From IMG/VR virus record IMGVR_UViG_2838022645_000001: DNA of 64,000 nt. One strand, written 5' to 3'. Of this stretch, positions 17,810-27,071 are shown piece after piece. The translations under genes and the position numbers were made by a program. The stretch is from an uncultured virus (IMG/VR IMGVR_UViG_2838022645_000001) (lineage: Duplodnaviria > Heunggongvirae > Uroviricota > Caudoviricetes). Each line of letters starts with the position of its first letter. The stretch's first letter is position 1. The notes beneath the pieces were generated by a model. The model was not told the origin of the DNA. It made no database searches and was given only the letters and a program-made list of their open reading frames with translations.

Positions 17810-18157
17810 ATGAGCGAGAGAAGACCGATCTATCTGCACGATTGGAGCGAAAGCGGCGAAGCTGGAATGCTGTCCGACTTTCAGGCTTCGCCGGATGTGC
17901 TGTCTGGCGCGACAGTCATCGTCGCCAGCTACACCTATGAGAACTACAGCGGCGATGCATACGTGCTGTTTGAGCGTGACGGCAAGCTGTTTGAAGTCCA
18001 TGGCGGGCACTGCTCGTGCTACGGACTTGAAGGCCAATGGGAGCCAGAGGAAGCCGACCGCGACGCCATCATCCATCGCATTACCAAAGGCACATGGCAT
18101 GCTGACGCGGTAGCCGTAAAGGGCGCCGTTCTTGCCGCGTTGCAGGCCGCAGCATGA
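17810..18157 (+). CDS. Hypothetical phage protein
   Basis: HGGHCSCYGLEGQW motif; strong SD. Confidence 0.75.
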   Translation: MSERRPIYLHDWSESGEAGMLSDFQASPDVLSGATVIVASYTYENYSGDAYVLFERDGKLFEVHGGHCSCYGLEGQWEPEEADRDAIIHRITKGTWHADAVAVKGAVLAALQAAA

Positions 18158-18675
18158 CCAAAAACGACAACACCAGATTCCTCGCCGGAGACGTCGCCAA
18201 TCTCGAGGCCGAGATCGACGCGCTGCTCGCAGCGTTCCCCGATCTCCAGGAAGACGAAACACTCCGCGCCGACATGCTGGAAGGCGAGACTAACCTCGGC
18301 GCCGTGCTCGCCCGCCTGCTCGGTCACGAGCGCGAAGCGGCCAGCATGGTCAATGCCATCAAGAAGCGCGCCGACGAACTCGACGCCCGCAAGAGGCGTC
18401 AGGAGCGCCGGCAGGCCGCGATGCGTGCGCTCATGCTGCGCCTGATGAAGGCGGCTGGTCTTCCGAAGGCGCCACTTACCGAGGCAACGATCTCGGTGAC
18501 GAAGGGCCGCGACAGCGTCGAAATCGTGGATGAGACGGCCGTGCCCGCGCGGTTCCTCAAGGTCGTGAAGTCGCCGGACAAGACCGCGATTAAGGCGGCG
18601 CTGGACGCTGGCAAGAAGGTCAAGGGCGCGGCGATCAAAACCGGCGATGATGTGCTCACCGTCCGCGCCGCATGA
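18154..18675 (+). CDS. Siphovirus Gp157-family protein
   Basis: Coiled coil followed by VEIVDE..VP....PDKTAIKAALDAG..VKGA. Confidence 0.85.
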   Translation: MTKNDNTRFLAGDVANLEAEIDALLAAFPDLQEDETLRADMLEGETNLGAVLARLLGHEREAASMVNAIKKRADELDARKRRQERRQAAMRALMLRLMKAAGLPKAPLTEATISVTKGRDSVEIVDETAVPARFLKVVKSPDKTAIKAALDAGKKVKGAAIKTGDDVLTVRAA

Positions 18676-18965
18676 CCGCCATCTACGACAAGACCGGCCG
18701 CGCAATCGCGGTCGGAGACGTGCTCAAGGTCTATCACTTCACGGCGGCTTTGAGGCGCAAAAAGCACTTTATGTACAAGCAGGTCGCAATTGCCGACAGG
18801 TTTCGCGATGGAACGCCGATCCTTCGTGTTGTCCACCTTGATCTGACCGACGATTTTTACACGTTGATCTGCGATGGCCGCCATCTGCCCGACTACGAGA
18901 TTGTCCAGAGCGTCAAGTGCGACCACCACGACCGGCCACGCCACCGCCACACTGCCGCGCCCTAG
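18672..18965 (+). CDS. Hypothetical protein (YopX-like DKTG..I..GDVL start)
   Basis: Coupled ORF. Confidence 0.65.
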   Translation: MTAIYDKTGRAIAVGDVLKVYHFTAALRRKKHFMYKQVAIADRFRDGTPILRVVHLDLTDDFYTLICDGRHLPDYEIVQSVKCDHHDRPRHRHTAAP

Positions 18966-19075
18966 CGCGCAGTCGGCGTTCAATTATTTGCGCATAAAGC
19001 GGCATAACGTACAGCCAAACATACAACACCCCGCTCGCCACCAACGCGCGGGACTGCACCACAGAGGAGAGAATA

Positions 19076-19711
19076 ATGGCAATGGTTGCCGGAGTTGGCA
19101 TGCACAGTCATGCCGACAGACAACACGACTTCTACGCAACGCCACCAGAAGCCACGCGTGCTCTGCTCGCCATCGAAGACAAGTGGCTGCCTGCCGGTAC
19201 GATCTGGGAGCCCGCGTGTGGCGACGGCGCTATCGCCCAGGTGCTGACAAGCGCTGGCCGCGCCGTTATCTGCACTGACATCGTCGACAGAGGCTTCCCA
19301 GGAACCAAGGTCATGAGCATCTTTGATGCGGACTGGCGTTATCGGTTCCCGGCAATCATCACCAACCCGCCGTTCAAGCTCGCTCGCGAGTTCGTCGACA
19401 AGGCGCTGGAGCGCGCGCCCTACGTCGCCATGTTGCTGCGCCTAGCCTTCCTCGAGGGCGGGGCGCGTAAGCCGTGGTTCGCCAGCGTGCCGTTGGCTCG
19501 CGTCCATGTGGCTTCCCGCCGCCTACCAATGATGCACCGTGACGGATGGACCGGGCCGAAGGCTGGATCCGCCGTATGTCATGCGTGGTTCGTCTTCGAC
19601 AAGCGGCATGAGGGTAGGCCGCAGGTTCAGTGGTTTGACTGGAAAGACTACGCGCCCATGGCGGTGGCGAACGATAACTCACCGGTCGGTGACATGGCGA
19701 GGGCCGCTTAA
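19076..19711 (+). CDS. Amino (N6A/N4C) DNA methyltransferase 1
   Basis: DFYATP, WEPACGDG, ITNPPF. Confidence 0.85.
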   Translation: MAMVAGVGMHSHADRQHDFYATPPEATRALLAIEDKWLPAGTIWEPACGDGAIAQVLTSAGRAVICTDIVDRGFPGTKVMSIFDADWRYRFPAIITNPPFKLAREFVDKALERAPYVAMLLRLAFLEGGARKPWFASVPLARVHVASRRLPMMHRDGWTGPKAGSAVCHAWFVFDKRHEGRPQVQWFDWKDYAPMAVANDNSPVGDMARAA

Positions 19712-20550
19712 TGGCCAAACTCACCAAAGCCCAGGCCAAGGCGCACGCGCAGGCCTGCGATCTGCTCACGAAAGACGCCCTGACCGAAGACGACAAGGAC
19801 TTCGTTCTGAAGAACTGGAACGAGAGCGCCAACCACGTCAATGGCGCGGCTGGTGCGTTCTTCACGCCATACGACATGGCTTTCGACTTCACGATCGACG
19901 CAATCGGACAGGGCGGCTATGGCGGTCGCATCATCGATCTCTGCGCCGGCATCGGCATGCTTTCCTATGCCTGCTGGCACCGCAGCGGCCGCAGGGCGAA
20001 AATCACCTGCGTTGAACGCAATCCTGACTATCTAGCCGTTGGACAGAAGATCCTGCCGGAGGCGGAGTGGATTCTTGCCGATGTGCTGGATGTGCTCGAC
20101 ATGGGGCTGGGCCGGTTTGATGTCGCCATCAGCAACCCTCCGTTCGGCGCGATCAAGCGCGACCGCAACAGCCCGCGCTATACCGGCAAGGATTTCGAAT
20201 TCCATGTCATCGACATCGCTGCGCATCTAGCGAACAGCGGCGCGTTCATCGTGCCGCAGATGTCAGCTGGCTTCAACTACAGTGGCAAGCCTTGCTACGA
20301 GCGCCAGAAAGACGGCAAGGCGGTCAAGTTCCAGGAGTTGACCGGGCTGCACTTCGAGGCTGGCTGCGGCATCGACACGAACTTCTACATCAACGATTGG
20401 AAAGGCGTCTCGCCGATGTGTGAGATCGTCTGCGTCGAATTCGCGAAGGCCGTCGCACCGGCGCCCGAAGTTATTGCGCCAGCAATAACCGCTGTGCCGG
20501 CAAACGATAACAAGCCTTTCCAGACAGACCTTTTCGGAGAAGCAGCATGA
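19711..20550 (+). CDS. Amino (N6A-type) methyltransferase 2
   Basis: GAFFTP, DLCAGIG, ISNPPF. Confidence 0.85.
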   Translation: MAKLTKAQAKAHAQACDLLTKDALTEDDKDFVLKNWNESANHVNGAAGAFFTPYDMAFDFTIDAIGQGGYGGRIIDLCAGIGMLSYACWHRSGRRAKITCVERNPDYLAVGQKILPEAEWILADVLDVLDMGLGRFDVAISNPPFGAIKRDRNSPRYTGKDFEFHVIDIAAHLANSGAFIVPQMSAGFNYSGKPCYERQKDGKAVKFQELTGLHFEAGCGIDTNFYINDWKGVSPMCEIVCVEFAKAVAPAPEVIAPAITAVPANDNKPFQTDLFGEAA

Positions 20551-20903
20551 CCTTCACGCCAACCGCAACAGCGGACGGCCAGCCGACGACGTGCCGCTGC
20601 TGCGGGCGGCACGCGACCGGCATTGGCATCAGCCGCATGAACAAGCCGACGGACGATCCTGGCTATCTCTGCGGCGAGTGCAACCTGCGGATCGAAGAGA
20701 TCAAGCGCGTGCGCCGCATGGATCCTTACGAGCTGGCAGCCAGGCAAGGCGGCATGGACGCAGCCGGCCCGCTGGTCGAGGAGTTCGGCAGCGACCTGGC
20801 GGAGTGGAGCGAAGAGCAGGTGCTCATCTTCTGCGGCACGATTTGGCAGGGCTGCGCAGATCGGCTGCGGGAGTTGATCCGGAAGGGGGATATACCGTTT
20901 TGA
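20547..20903 (+). CDS. Zn-ribbon hypothetical protein (DUF6511-like) ending GDIPF
   Basis: CRCC..CGEC; LAEWSEEQV. Confidence 0.65.
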   Translation: MTFTPTATADGQPTTCRCCGRHATGIGISRMNKPTDDPGYLCGECNLRIEEIKRVRRMDPYELAARQGGMDAAGPLVEEFGSDLAEWSEEQVLIFCGTIWQGCADRLRELIRKGDIPF

Positions 20904-22567
20904 AGCACGCAAACGATAACACGCCTGTTGCTGGCGCAACCGGCATCCGCTTCCTCAGTGTTTGTTCGGGAATAGAAGCAGCCAGCGCCGCCTGGCGCTC
21001 ACTCAACTGGCAGGCTGTGGCCTTCTCGGAAATCGAGAAGTTCCCATCGGCCGTGCTCAAGCACCACTATCCAGACGTGCCGAACCTCGGCGACTTCACC
21101 AAGATCGATCCGCGCCGCCTTGGGCGCGTGGATATCCTCTGCGGCGGTACGCCCTGCCAGGCATTCAGCGTGGCCGGCCTTCGCCAATCACTCGCCGACG
21201 CGCGCGGCAATCTTTCACTCGAATTCGTGAGGCTGGCCCATGAGCTTGCAGATGGCAATAGACTTCGGAACGTCGTCTGGGAAAACGTCGTCGGCGTCCT
21301 CAGCACAAAAGACAACGCCTTCGGCTGCTTCCTCGCTGGACTTGTGGGCGCAGATGCCGCCATCGAGCCGCCGGCAAGAGGAAAGTGGCCCGGTGCTGGT
21401 ATGGTCTCTGGACCAAAAGGACGTGCCGCGTGGCGTGTCCTCGACGCTCAATACTTCGGAGTGGCCCAACGACGCCGTCGTGTCATCGTTGTCGCAGATT
21501 TTGCAAACGGGGCAGATCCCGCCGCGGTTCTTTTTGAGCAAGACGGCTTGCGCCGGCATTCTCCGCCGAGCCGAGAAGCGGGGAAAGACGTTGCCCCCAC
21601 AATTAGCGCACGCACTAAGGGCGGTGGCGGACTCGGAACCGACTTCGATCTAGATGGCGGCCTCGTCGAGGCCGCGATTGATGGTCCGGTTGCCTCCGTA
21701 GGCAACCGGACATCTGGGCCTTTGGACGTCTCAACCGCTGTTAATGCCCATGGTGGACCGCACGGCAGGCTTGACTTTGAAAGCGAGACTTTTGTCCATC
21801 ATGTAGCGTCCACCATCGATGCGTCGTTCGGCCGTCTGTATGGTGCTTCCGGCCAGGATGCAAACCACGGTCACAGCCATCTGGTGGCAACTGGAACCGC
21901 ATATTCCATCGCTCGTGATGCGCTGGACAGATCAGGAGAGGGCGCGAATGGGACGCCGGGTGAGCGATCTGGCCTTGGCATCCTGGAGGAAGTCACGCAG
22001 ACAATAAAGGCAAAAGGTCCTAATGCCGTCTGCGTCACCGGTGAAGTCTCGCACGCTCTCACAGCCGAAGGCCATGATGCCAGTGAGGAGGGATCGGGGC
22101 GCGGTGCCCCGATTATCGCCTTCGATACCACGCAGATCACGATTCCGCTCAATAGGAGCGTGCCGAAGGCAGGTGATCCTTGCCATCCGCTTTCGGCGGG
22201 CGCGCATCCTCCGGCTATAACTGTCGCAATCCGTGGCCGCGAAGGCGGTGCAACTGCTGAGTTGGGCGGCGATGTCGCCACCGCACTTAGAGCCAGCCAG
22301 GGCGGCGGTGACAAGAAGCCCCACGTTCTCACATCCGCAGTCCGCCGCCTGACGCCACGCGAATGCGAGCGCCTGCAGGGCTTTCCAGACGACTACACGC
22401 TGATTCCGTGGCGCGGCAAACCTGCCGATCAGTGCCCAGACGGCCCACGCTACAAGGCGCTCGGCAACAGCTGGGCCGTTCCGAAATTCGCATGGCTTGG
22501 TGAGCGCATCCAACGGCTTATGCCAGCAAACGACAACAACCAGGAGGCCAGCATTGCAGCCGCCTAA
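20900..22567 (+). CDS. C5 cytosine DNA methyltransferase (alpha chain)
   Basis: SVCSGIEA, GGTPCQ, WENV, QRRRR, RRLTPRECERLQGFP, YKALGNS; TTG start at 20900. Confidence 0.93.
   Translation: MKHANDNTPVAGATGIRFLSVCSGIEAASAAWRSLNWQAVAFSEIEKFPSAVLKHHYPDVPNLGDFTKIDPRRLGRVDILCGGTPCQAFSVAGLRQSLADARGNLSLEFVRLAHELADGNRLRNVVWENVVGVLSTKDNAFGCFLAGLVGADAAIEPPARGKWPGAGMVSGPKGRAAWRVLDAQYFGVAQRRRRVIVVADFANGADPAAVLFEQDGLRRHSPPSREAGKDVAPTISARTKGGGGLGTDFDLDGGLVEAAIDGPVASVGNRTSGPLDVSTAVNAHGGPHGRLDFESETFVHHVASTIDASFGRLYGASGQDANHGHSHLVATGTAYSIARDALDRSGEGANGTPGERSGLGILEEVTQTIKAKGPNAVCVTGEVSHALTAEGHDASEEGSGRGAPIIAFDTTQITIPLNRSVPKAGDPCHPLSAGAHPPAITVAIRGREGGATAELGGDVATALRASQGGGDKKPHVLTSAVRRLTPRECERLQGFPDDYTLIPWRGKPADQCPDGPRYKALGNSWAVPKFAWLGERIQRLMPANDNNQEASIAAA
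21240..21653 (+). CDS. Nested alternative-frame ORF, M.EcoHK31I-beta-like subunit
   Basis: SSLSQIL...FFLSKTACAGILRRAEKRGKTLP, fully inside the MTase gene in the +1 frame. Confidence 0.75.
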   Translation: MSLQMAIDFGTSSGKTSSASSAQKTTPSAASSLDLWAQMPPSSRRQEESGPVLVWSLDQKDVPRGVSSTLNTSEWPNDAVVSSLSQILQTGQIPPRFFLSKTACAGILRRAEKRGKTLPPQLAHALRAVADSEPTSI

Positions 22568-23177
22568 AGAGCCGATACTAACAGTGCACATCGTAAGCGC
22601 AGATCTCGTTAACGATAACGGTGAGAGCAATTTGATTCTGGTCGCAGATGACGCGGGTCAGATCCTGCGCATGCAGATCACAGTAGAAAGCGCCAATATG
22701 GACACCCAAGAGCGAGGTCAAAGCGCGCTATGGTATCTGCTGGGCGAGCTTGGCATTCATGATCCACCTGACGCTGATGCGATTGTATCTAAGCGCCTGC
22801 CGCGCTGGGCATGGGATAAGGTCGCCTCAATAGCATCACCTAAACAGCTGGCAGCACCACCAAAACCTCATGTGTCTCCACGCGGTGACAAGATTGAATT
22901 CGGCCGCTTTGTCTACGTCATATCCGCACAAGACACCAATCCACCACTCTGCAAGATCGGGATCGCCAACTCTCCAGAAAAGCGATTGGCGCAACTATCC
23001 ACCGGCAGCCCACACGCACTGCGGCTGGAATTGACGCGCTTCGCCAACAATGCGCGCGCCGTCGAGCGATCTGCGCATTCATATTTCTCCGGCGCTAGGC
23101 AAAACGGTGAGTGGTTCGCAATCAGCGCCGATAAGGCAATCACATACATCATCGAGGCGACGAGGAGCGCAGCGTAA
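22554..23177 (+). CDS. GIY-YIG (T5orf172-like) domain protein
   Basis: FVYVI...CKIGIA..PEKRL.QLSTG...GEWF. Confidence 0.85.
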   Translation: MQPPKEPILTVHIVSADLVNDNGESNLILVADDAGQILRMQITVESANMDTQERGQSALWYLLGELGIHDPPDADAIVSKRLPRWAWDKVASIASPKQLAAPPKPHVSPRGDKIEFGRFVYVISAQDTNPPLCKIGIANSPEKRLAQLSTGSPHALRLELTRFANNARAVERSAHSYFSGARQNGEWFAISADKAITYIIEATRSAA

Positions 23178-25345
23178 TGGCAAAACTCAATCTAAAACAC
23201 CCGTTGCCATCAACGGAAACAAGGCCAGTCGACATAGCCCGCTCATACATTGACGCGGGCATTGCTGTTTTTCCGTGCCGAGAGCAGGCGAGCGAAGAGT
23301 TCGATCCGTCAACCGGTGAGGTTATGGACCGCGCTGAGAAGGCGCCATACACGACCAACGGGCTGAAGGGTGCCACGACGTCGAGGCGCATCATTGACAT
23401 CTGGTTCGGCGAGCGTCATCCGAATGCAGTTATCGGCATTCCAACTGGTGAAAAACTTGGCGGGTGGGTTCTCGACCTAGATCGGCATGGCGACCGCGAC
23501 GGGCACACATGGCTTGCCGAGATGGAGGAGAAGCACGGCTCGCTTCCAGACACGGCCAGAGCCACGACGGCCAATGGCGGAACGCACATATTTTTCAAGC
23601 ATATTCCTGGAGTGCGCAACAGGGCAGCCATAGCCGACGGCGTTGACACTAGAGGAGACGGCGGATACATCGTCGGTCCAGGCAGCGTCATGGCTGATGG
23701 CAGGCGCTATCAGTGGATCGACTGGGACGGCGATGGAATTCCGGAATTCGCTGATGCTCCTGCATGGCTCATTGACCTTGTCATCACCAAGACGCCGGCG
23801 CCGATCGAGACGAAGCCGCGCGAATATGTCTATCATCCAGAGAACAACGACGGCAAGGAGCGGTATGCTGCCAAAGCATTCACCATGGAGCTCGAGCAGC
23901 TTTCGTCACTCCCAAAGGGGCAGCGCGGACAGCAGCTCTTCGCCAGCGCATGCCGTGTCGGTGAGTTGGTAGCCGGTGGATGGATATCCCGTGGTGAGGC
24001 CGAGGCCGGATTGCTGGATGCGGCTATTTCAAACGGCTTGGCGGCGACTGACGGAGAGCGGTCGTGCCGCGACAAAATTAAGCGCGGCCTAGACAAGACA
24101 GCCAACTCGCCGCGGCAGATCCCGGATAGAGATTACGACAACGACAATACCGTCGTGAACCGTGAGGCAATTAAGCGGATGACGCAAAACGGCCTCAACA
24201 AGAGCGCGGCGGCCACTGTCAATGGCGATGTTGTGGGGGAAGACGCGCCAAAAGACACAGTGCCGGACGAGCAAGCGGCCGCATCGCCACCAAAGAAGCG
24301 CGAGCGGTTTGACCTTACATGGTTCGACGAGATCGAGGAGGGCAAGCCGAAGGAGACGATCCTTAAGGGATGGCTCGGCGTCGGTGAGTTCACCACGATT
24401 TCCGGCCTTCCAGGGACCGGCAAGAGCGTCGTCACGACCGACTTGGCCTGCCACATAGCAGCCGGTATGGAGTGGCATGGCCAGAAGGTGAGGCAAGGCC
24501 TTGTCATCTATGTCGCTGCGGAGCGAAAGAAGCTCACGGAGCGGCGCATGATGGCCTTCCGCAAGCACCACAATGTCAAGGATGTGCCGTTGCTCGTGGT
24601 TGGTGGCATGCTTGATTTTACCCGAGATACCAAGGACGCCGACGACATCATCGCGGTCATTCGCGAGGCAGAGACGATAACCGGCCACAAGTGCGTATGG
24701 GTCATCGTTGACACCCTGACTCGCGTCTTTGGCGCTGGCGACCAGAATGCGTCGAAGGACATGGTGAAGTTTGTTCGATCGTGCGACCACATCCTTACCG
24801 AGACAGGGGCGCACGTCACGGCGATCCACCATAGCGCATGGAGCGGCGAGCGCGGCAAAGGTGCGATCGATTTGGATGGCGCCGTCGACGCTTCCTTCAT
24901 GGTCAAGAAGGATGGCAACAAGCATCGATTGGTCTGCGATGGCACGAACGATGGCGAGGAGGGCGATGTGCTCTGCTTCACCATGCAATCCGTGCAGATT
25001 GGTGCCGACGACGAAGGCAATCCAACGACTGCGCCTGTTGTGGTGCCAGCTGATGGGGCGAGCCCTGGCGAAAGGATGATTGCCGGCTTAGCCAAGAAAG
25101 ACGGCGAAGCGCTGGACATCCTGAAGTCTCTGATAGCCGATTCCGGACAAGAGAGCCCAGGTGGTCAACACTATCCGGAAGACATCCTTGTGGTGAAGGA
25201 GGATGATTGGCGTCAGGCCGTGTACGCGGCAGCGAAGCCGGATACGCCGCAAGGCACGAAGCAGAAGAACTTCACCAGAGCAAAAGCAAGCCTGATAAAG
25301 CAGGGTGTAGTGGGTGAAAGTTACAACTGGGTTTGGATAAATTAG
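23177..25345 (+). CDS. Bifunctional primase-polymerase fused to an AAA_25 helicase
   Basis: VLDLD, TANGGTHIFF, DTRGDGGYIV; GLPGTGKS; IVDTL. Confidence 0.92.
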   Translation: MAKLNLKHPLPSTETRPVDIARSYIDAGIAVFPCREQASEEFDPSTGEVMDRAEKAPYTTNGLKGATTSRRIIDIWFGERHPNAVIGIPTGEKLGGWVLDLDRHGDRDGHTWLAEMEEKHGSLPDTARATTANGGTHIFFKHIPGVRNRAAIADGVDTRGDGGYIVGPGSVMADGRRYQWIDWDGDGIPEFADAPAWLIDLVITKTPAPIETKPREYVYHPENNDGKERYAAKAFTMELEQLSSLPKGQRGQQLFASACRVGELVAGGWISRGEAEAGLLDAAISNGLAATDGERSCRDKIKRGLDKTANSPRQIPDRDYDNDNTVVNREAIKRMTQNGLNKSAAATVNGDVVGEDAPKDTVPDEQAAASPPKKRERFDLTWFDEIEEGKPKETILKGWLGVGEFTTISGLPGTGKSVVTTDLACHIAAGMEWHGQKVRQGLVIYVAAERKKLTERRMMAFRKHHNVKDVPLLVVGGMLDFTRDTKDADDIIAVIREAETITGHKCVWVIVDTLTRVFGAGDQNASKDMVKFVRSCDHILTETGAHVTAIHHSAWSGERGKGAIDLDGAVDASFMVKKDGNKHRLVCDGTNDGEEGDVLCFTMQSVQIGADDEGNPTTAPVVVPADGASPGERMIAGLAKKDGEALDILKSLIADSGQESPGGQHYPEDILVVKEDDWRQAVYAAAKPDTPQGTKQKNFTRAKASLIKQGVVGESYNWVWIN

Positions 25346-25446
25346 CCCGGACATCCCGGACAGACACCGGACAATCCAGACATTTAATCGAGCATCCAAA
25401 CCGGACAGACACGGACACACCCTTTAGGGTGTCCGGATGTCCGGGT
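25346..25446. repeat. CGGACA iteron cluster, putative replication origin
   Basis: Five CGGACA copies plus a CAGACA variant, two inverted TGTCCGG, and ACACCCTTTAGGGTGT near-palindrome. Confidence 0.65.
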
Positions 25447-25466
25447 GCTTGGGGGAGAAATTGAAA

Positions 25467-25982
25467 ATGAAGAAAACCACCCAGACAACCCGCATGAACG
25501 GCCAGCGCGTTCGCATCGTGACCACCACCGGTCCGGCAGGCACCCGCGTACAAGTCACCGAGGCCGAGCCGAAGGAGTGGGAACTGCAGGCGGCCCAGGT
25601 GCGCGCCCTGCGCGCCATGCCGGAGTACGGCAAGCGGTTCCTGTTGGCTGGCGATCAGAATTCAGCGAAGCGCGGCCCGCGTGCCCAGATGGAGGCGATT
25701 GCCGCAGGCATGACACCCGGCGAGGCCGATATGCGGATCTACATCGCCGGCGGTCAACTGCGCATGATCGAGAACAAGGTCGGCCGCGGGCGCTTGTCAC
25801 CGGCCCAGGTCGATCGCCACGCTGCATTGGCTCGCCTCGGGTTCACTGTCGAGGTGCTGCGCTCCGTTACCACGGAAGACGCAGCGCGCCAGGCCGTGGC
25901 TCTTGTGCGCGGATGGCTGGCCGGGAATGATAATCAATCCGGCCAAGGCCAATCGCGATGCTCCAGCACAGCCTCCGCGTGA
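25467..25982 (+). CDS. VRR-NUC nuclease
   Basis: GMTPGEADM...IENKVGRGRLSPAQ. Confidence 0.85.
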   Translation: MKKTTQTTRMNGQRVRIVTTTGPAGTRVQVTEAEPKEWELQAAQVRALRAMPEYGKRFLLAGDQNSAKRGPRAQMEAIAAGMTPGEADMRIYIAGGQLRMIENKVGRGRLSPAQVDRHAALARLGFTVEVLRSVTTEDAARQAVALVRGWLAGNDNQSGQGQSRCSSTASA

Positions 25983-26359
25983 TCGATCGAGTGATCTGGT
26001 ATCAGGCCGCTTAAGGCGCCCTTGATCTGGATCTCGGATGTTTTGTCCACTCGGGCGAGATTATAAAACCGCTCGACAGCATCCGGGAAGTCTTCAGCCC
26101 AAACCGTCCATGGGTTTCCCCATCGGCCGTCATGCGATTTGAAGCGGATCAAGAACAGACGCAGAGGATCATCGCTCTTTGTGCGGTCCTTGATGCGAAT
26201 AACGTAGGCCGCATAGTTGGCGGCCGCCTCATGAACGGGACGAACTGGGTTCTTGCCGGCCTCGATATCCTGATAACTCCGCAGCGGCATGCCCATGGCC
26301 TGGGCCATCTCCTGCTGGGTCAGATTGAGGCCGATGCGGTGGGCCTTTAGATCAAGCAT
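25934..26359 (-). CDS. XRE HTH protein
   Basis: LNLTQQEMAQAMGMPLRSYQDIEAG. Confidence 0.8.
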   Translation of the reverse strand: MLDLKAHRIGLNLTQQEMAQAMGMPLRSYQDIEAGKNPVRPVHEAAANYAAYVIRIKDRTKSDDPLRLFLIRFKSHDGRWGNPWTVWAEDFPDAVERFYNLARVDKTSEIQIKGALSGLIPDHSIDHAEAVLEHRDWPWPD

Positions 26360-26425
26360 TGAAAGTTTTCCGCCTTTTCGCTATATCTTGGGAACCGGAG
26401 AGGTTGCGGCCCCTCCGGCCCCCAG

Positions 26426-26494
26426 TTACCGGCTAATGGAGATTGTCAGCCTCCACTTGCCGAACCGGACTTGGATGCTGAGCTTGATGCTCAT
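26426..26494 (-). CDS. 22-aa peptide upstream of the XRE gene
   Basis: Manual translation MSIKLSIQVRFGKWRLTISISR with AGGAGG SD. Confidence 0.55.
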   Translation of the reverse strand: MSIKLSIQVRFGKWRLTISISR

Positions 26495-26550
26495 GGGTGC
26501 CTCCTAGTCCCCGAAGCGGAATTGCTTCGGTAAGATTGTTATCGCATAAC

Positions 26551-26590
26551 CACGTATTACGTGCAAATGTTATTTGTCACGTAATACGTA
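26551..26590. promoter_or_regulatory. Double palindromic operator over a leftward promoter
   Basis: CACGTATTACGTG and CACGTAATACGTA, together forming a long inverted repeat. Confidence 0.6.
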
Positions 26591-26613
26591 TTTTTTTGTC
26601 GATATGGCGCTTG

Positions 26614-26623
26614 ACAAATTTGT
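26614..26623. promoter_or_regulatory. ACAAATTTGT box 4
   Basis: CTTGACAAATTTGTAG, intergenic. Confidence 0.8.
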
Positions 26624-26680
26624 AGAATGCTGTAAAACCAATATTACCGAAACGCACCACACACCGCCGAGGAGGCCGCC

Positions 26681-26866
26681 ATGAACAACCAGACCATCAT
26701 CAACACCATCACCATCGACGGCTTCAACATTCCGGTCGTGAAGGTTCAGTCTTCTGCTGACGTTCGCTTCCTTTCCCAGAAACAGCTCTTTGCTCTTGCC
26801 ACGCCGGCAGCGCGCGCCGAGCTGGCTGCTCGTGCCGCTATCATCCGCTCTCGCAGGGCTGCGTAA
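26681..26866 (+). CDS. Hypothetical protein
   Basis: GAGGAGG SD; ends RRAA. Confidence 0.7.
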   Translation: MNNQTIINTITIDGFNIPVVKVQSSADVRFLSQKQLFALATPAARAELAARAAIIRSRRAA

Positions 26867-27045
26867 TGCAGCCTGCAAGGTGGGTCGTGATGTCGATGGG
26901 CCTCCACAGAAGACCGGACGACAAGACAACGTTTTCATCTGAGGAAGAAGCAAGAAGATGGCTGCGGCACGAATACCTCGAGAGACTTGGATTTAAGCCG
27001 GGCCAAATAGACTTCACCAAATTCATCATTAAGCCGGCCGCATAG
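26866..27045 (+). CDS. Hypothetical protein (59 aa)
   Basis: Manual translation; TAATG coupling; ends KPAA. Confidence 0.5.
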   Translation: MQPARWVVMSMGLHRRPDDKTTFSSEEEARRWLRHEYLERLGFKPGQIDFTKFIIKPAA

Positions 27046-27071
27046 CGGCTCACCACGAAGAGGAGACTGCC

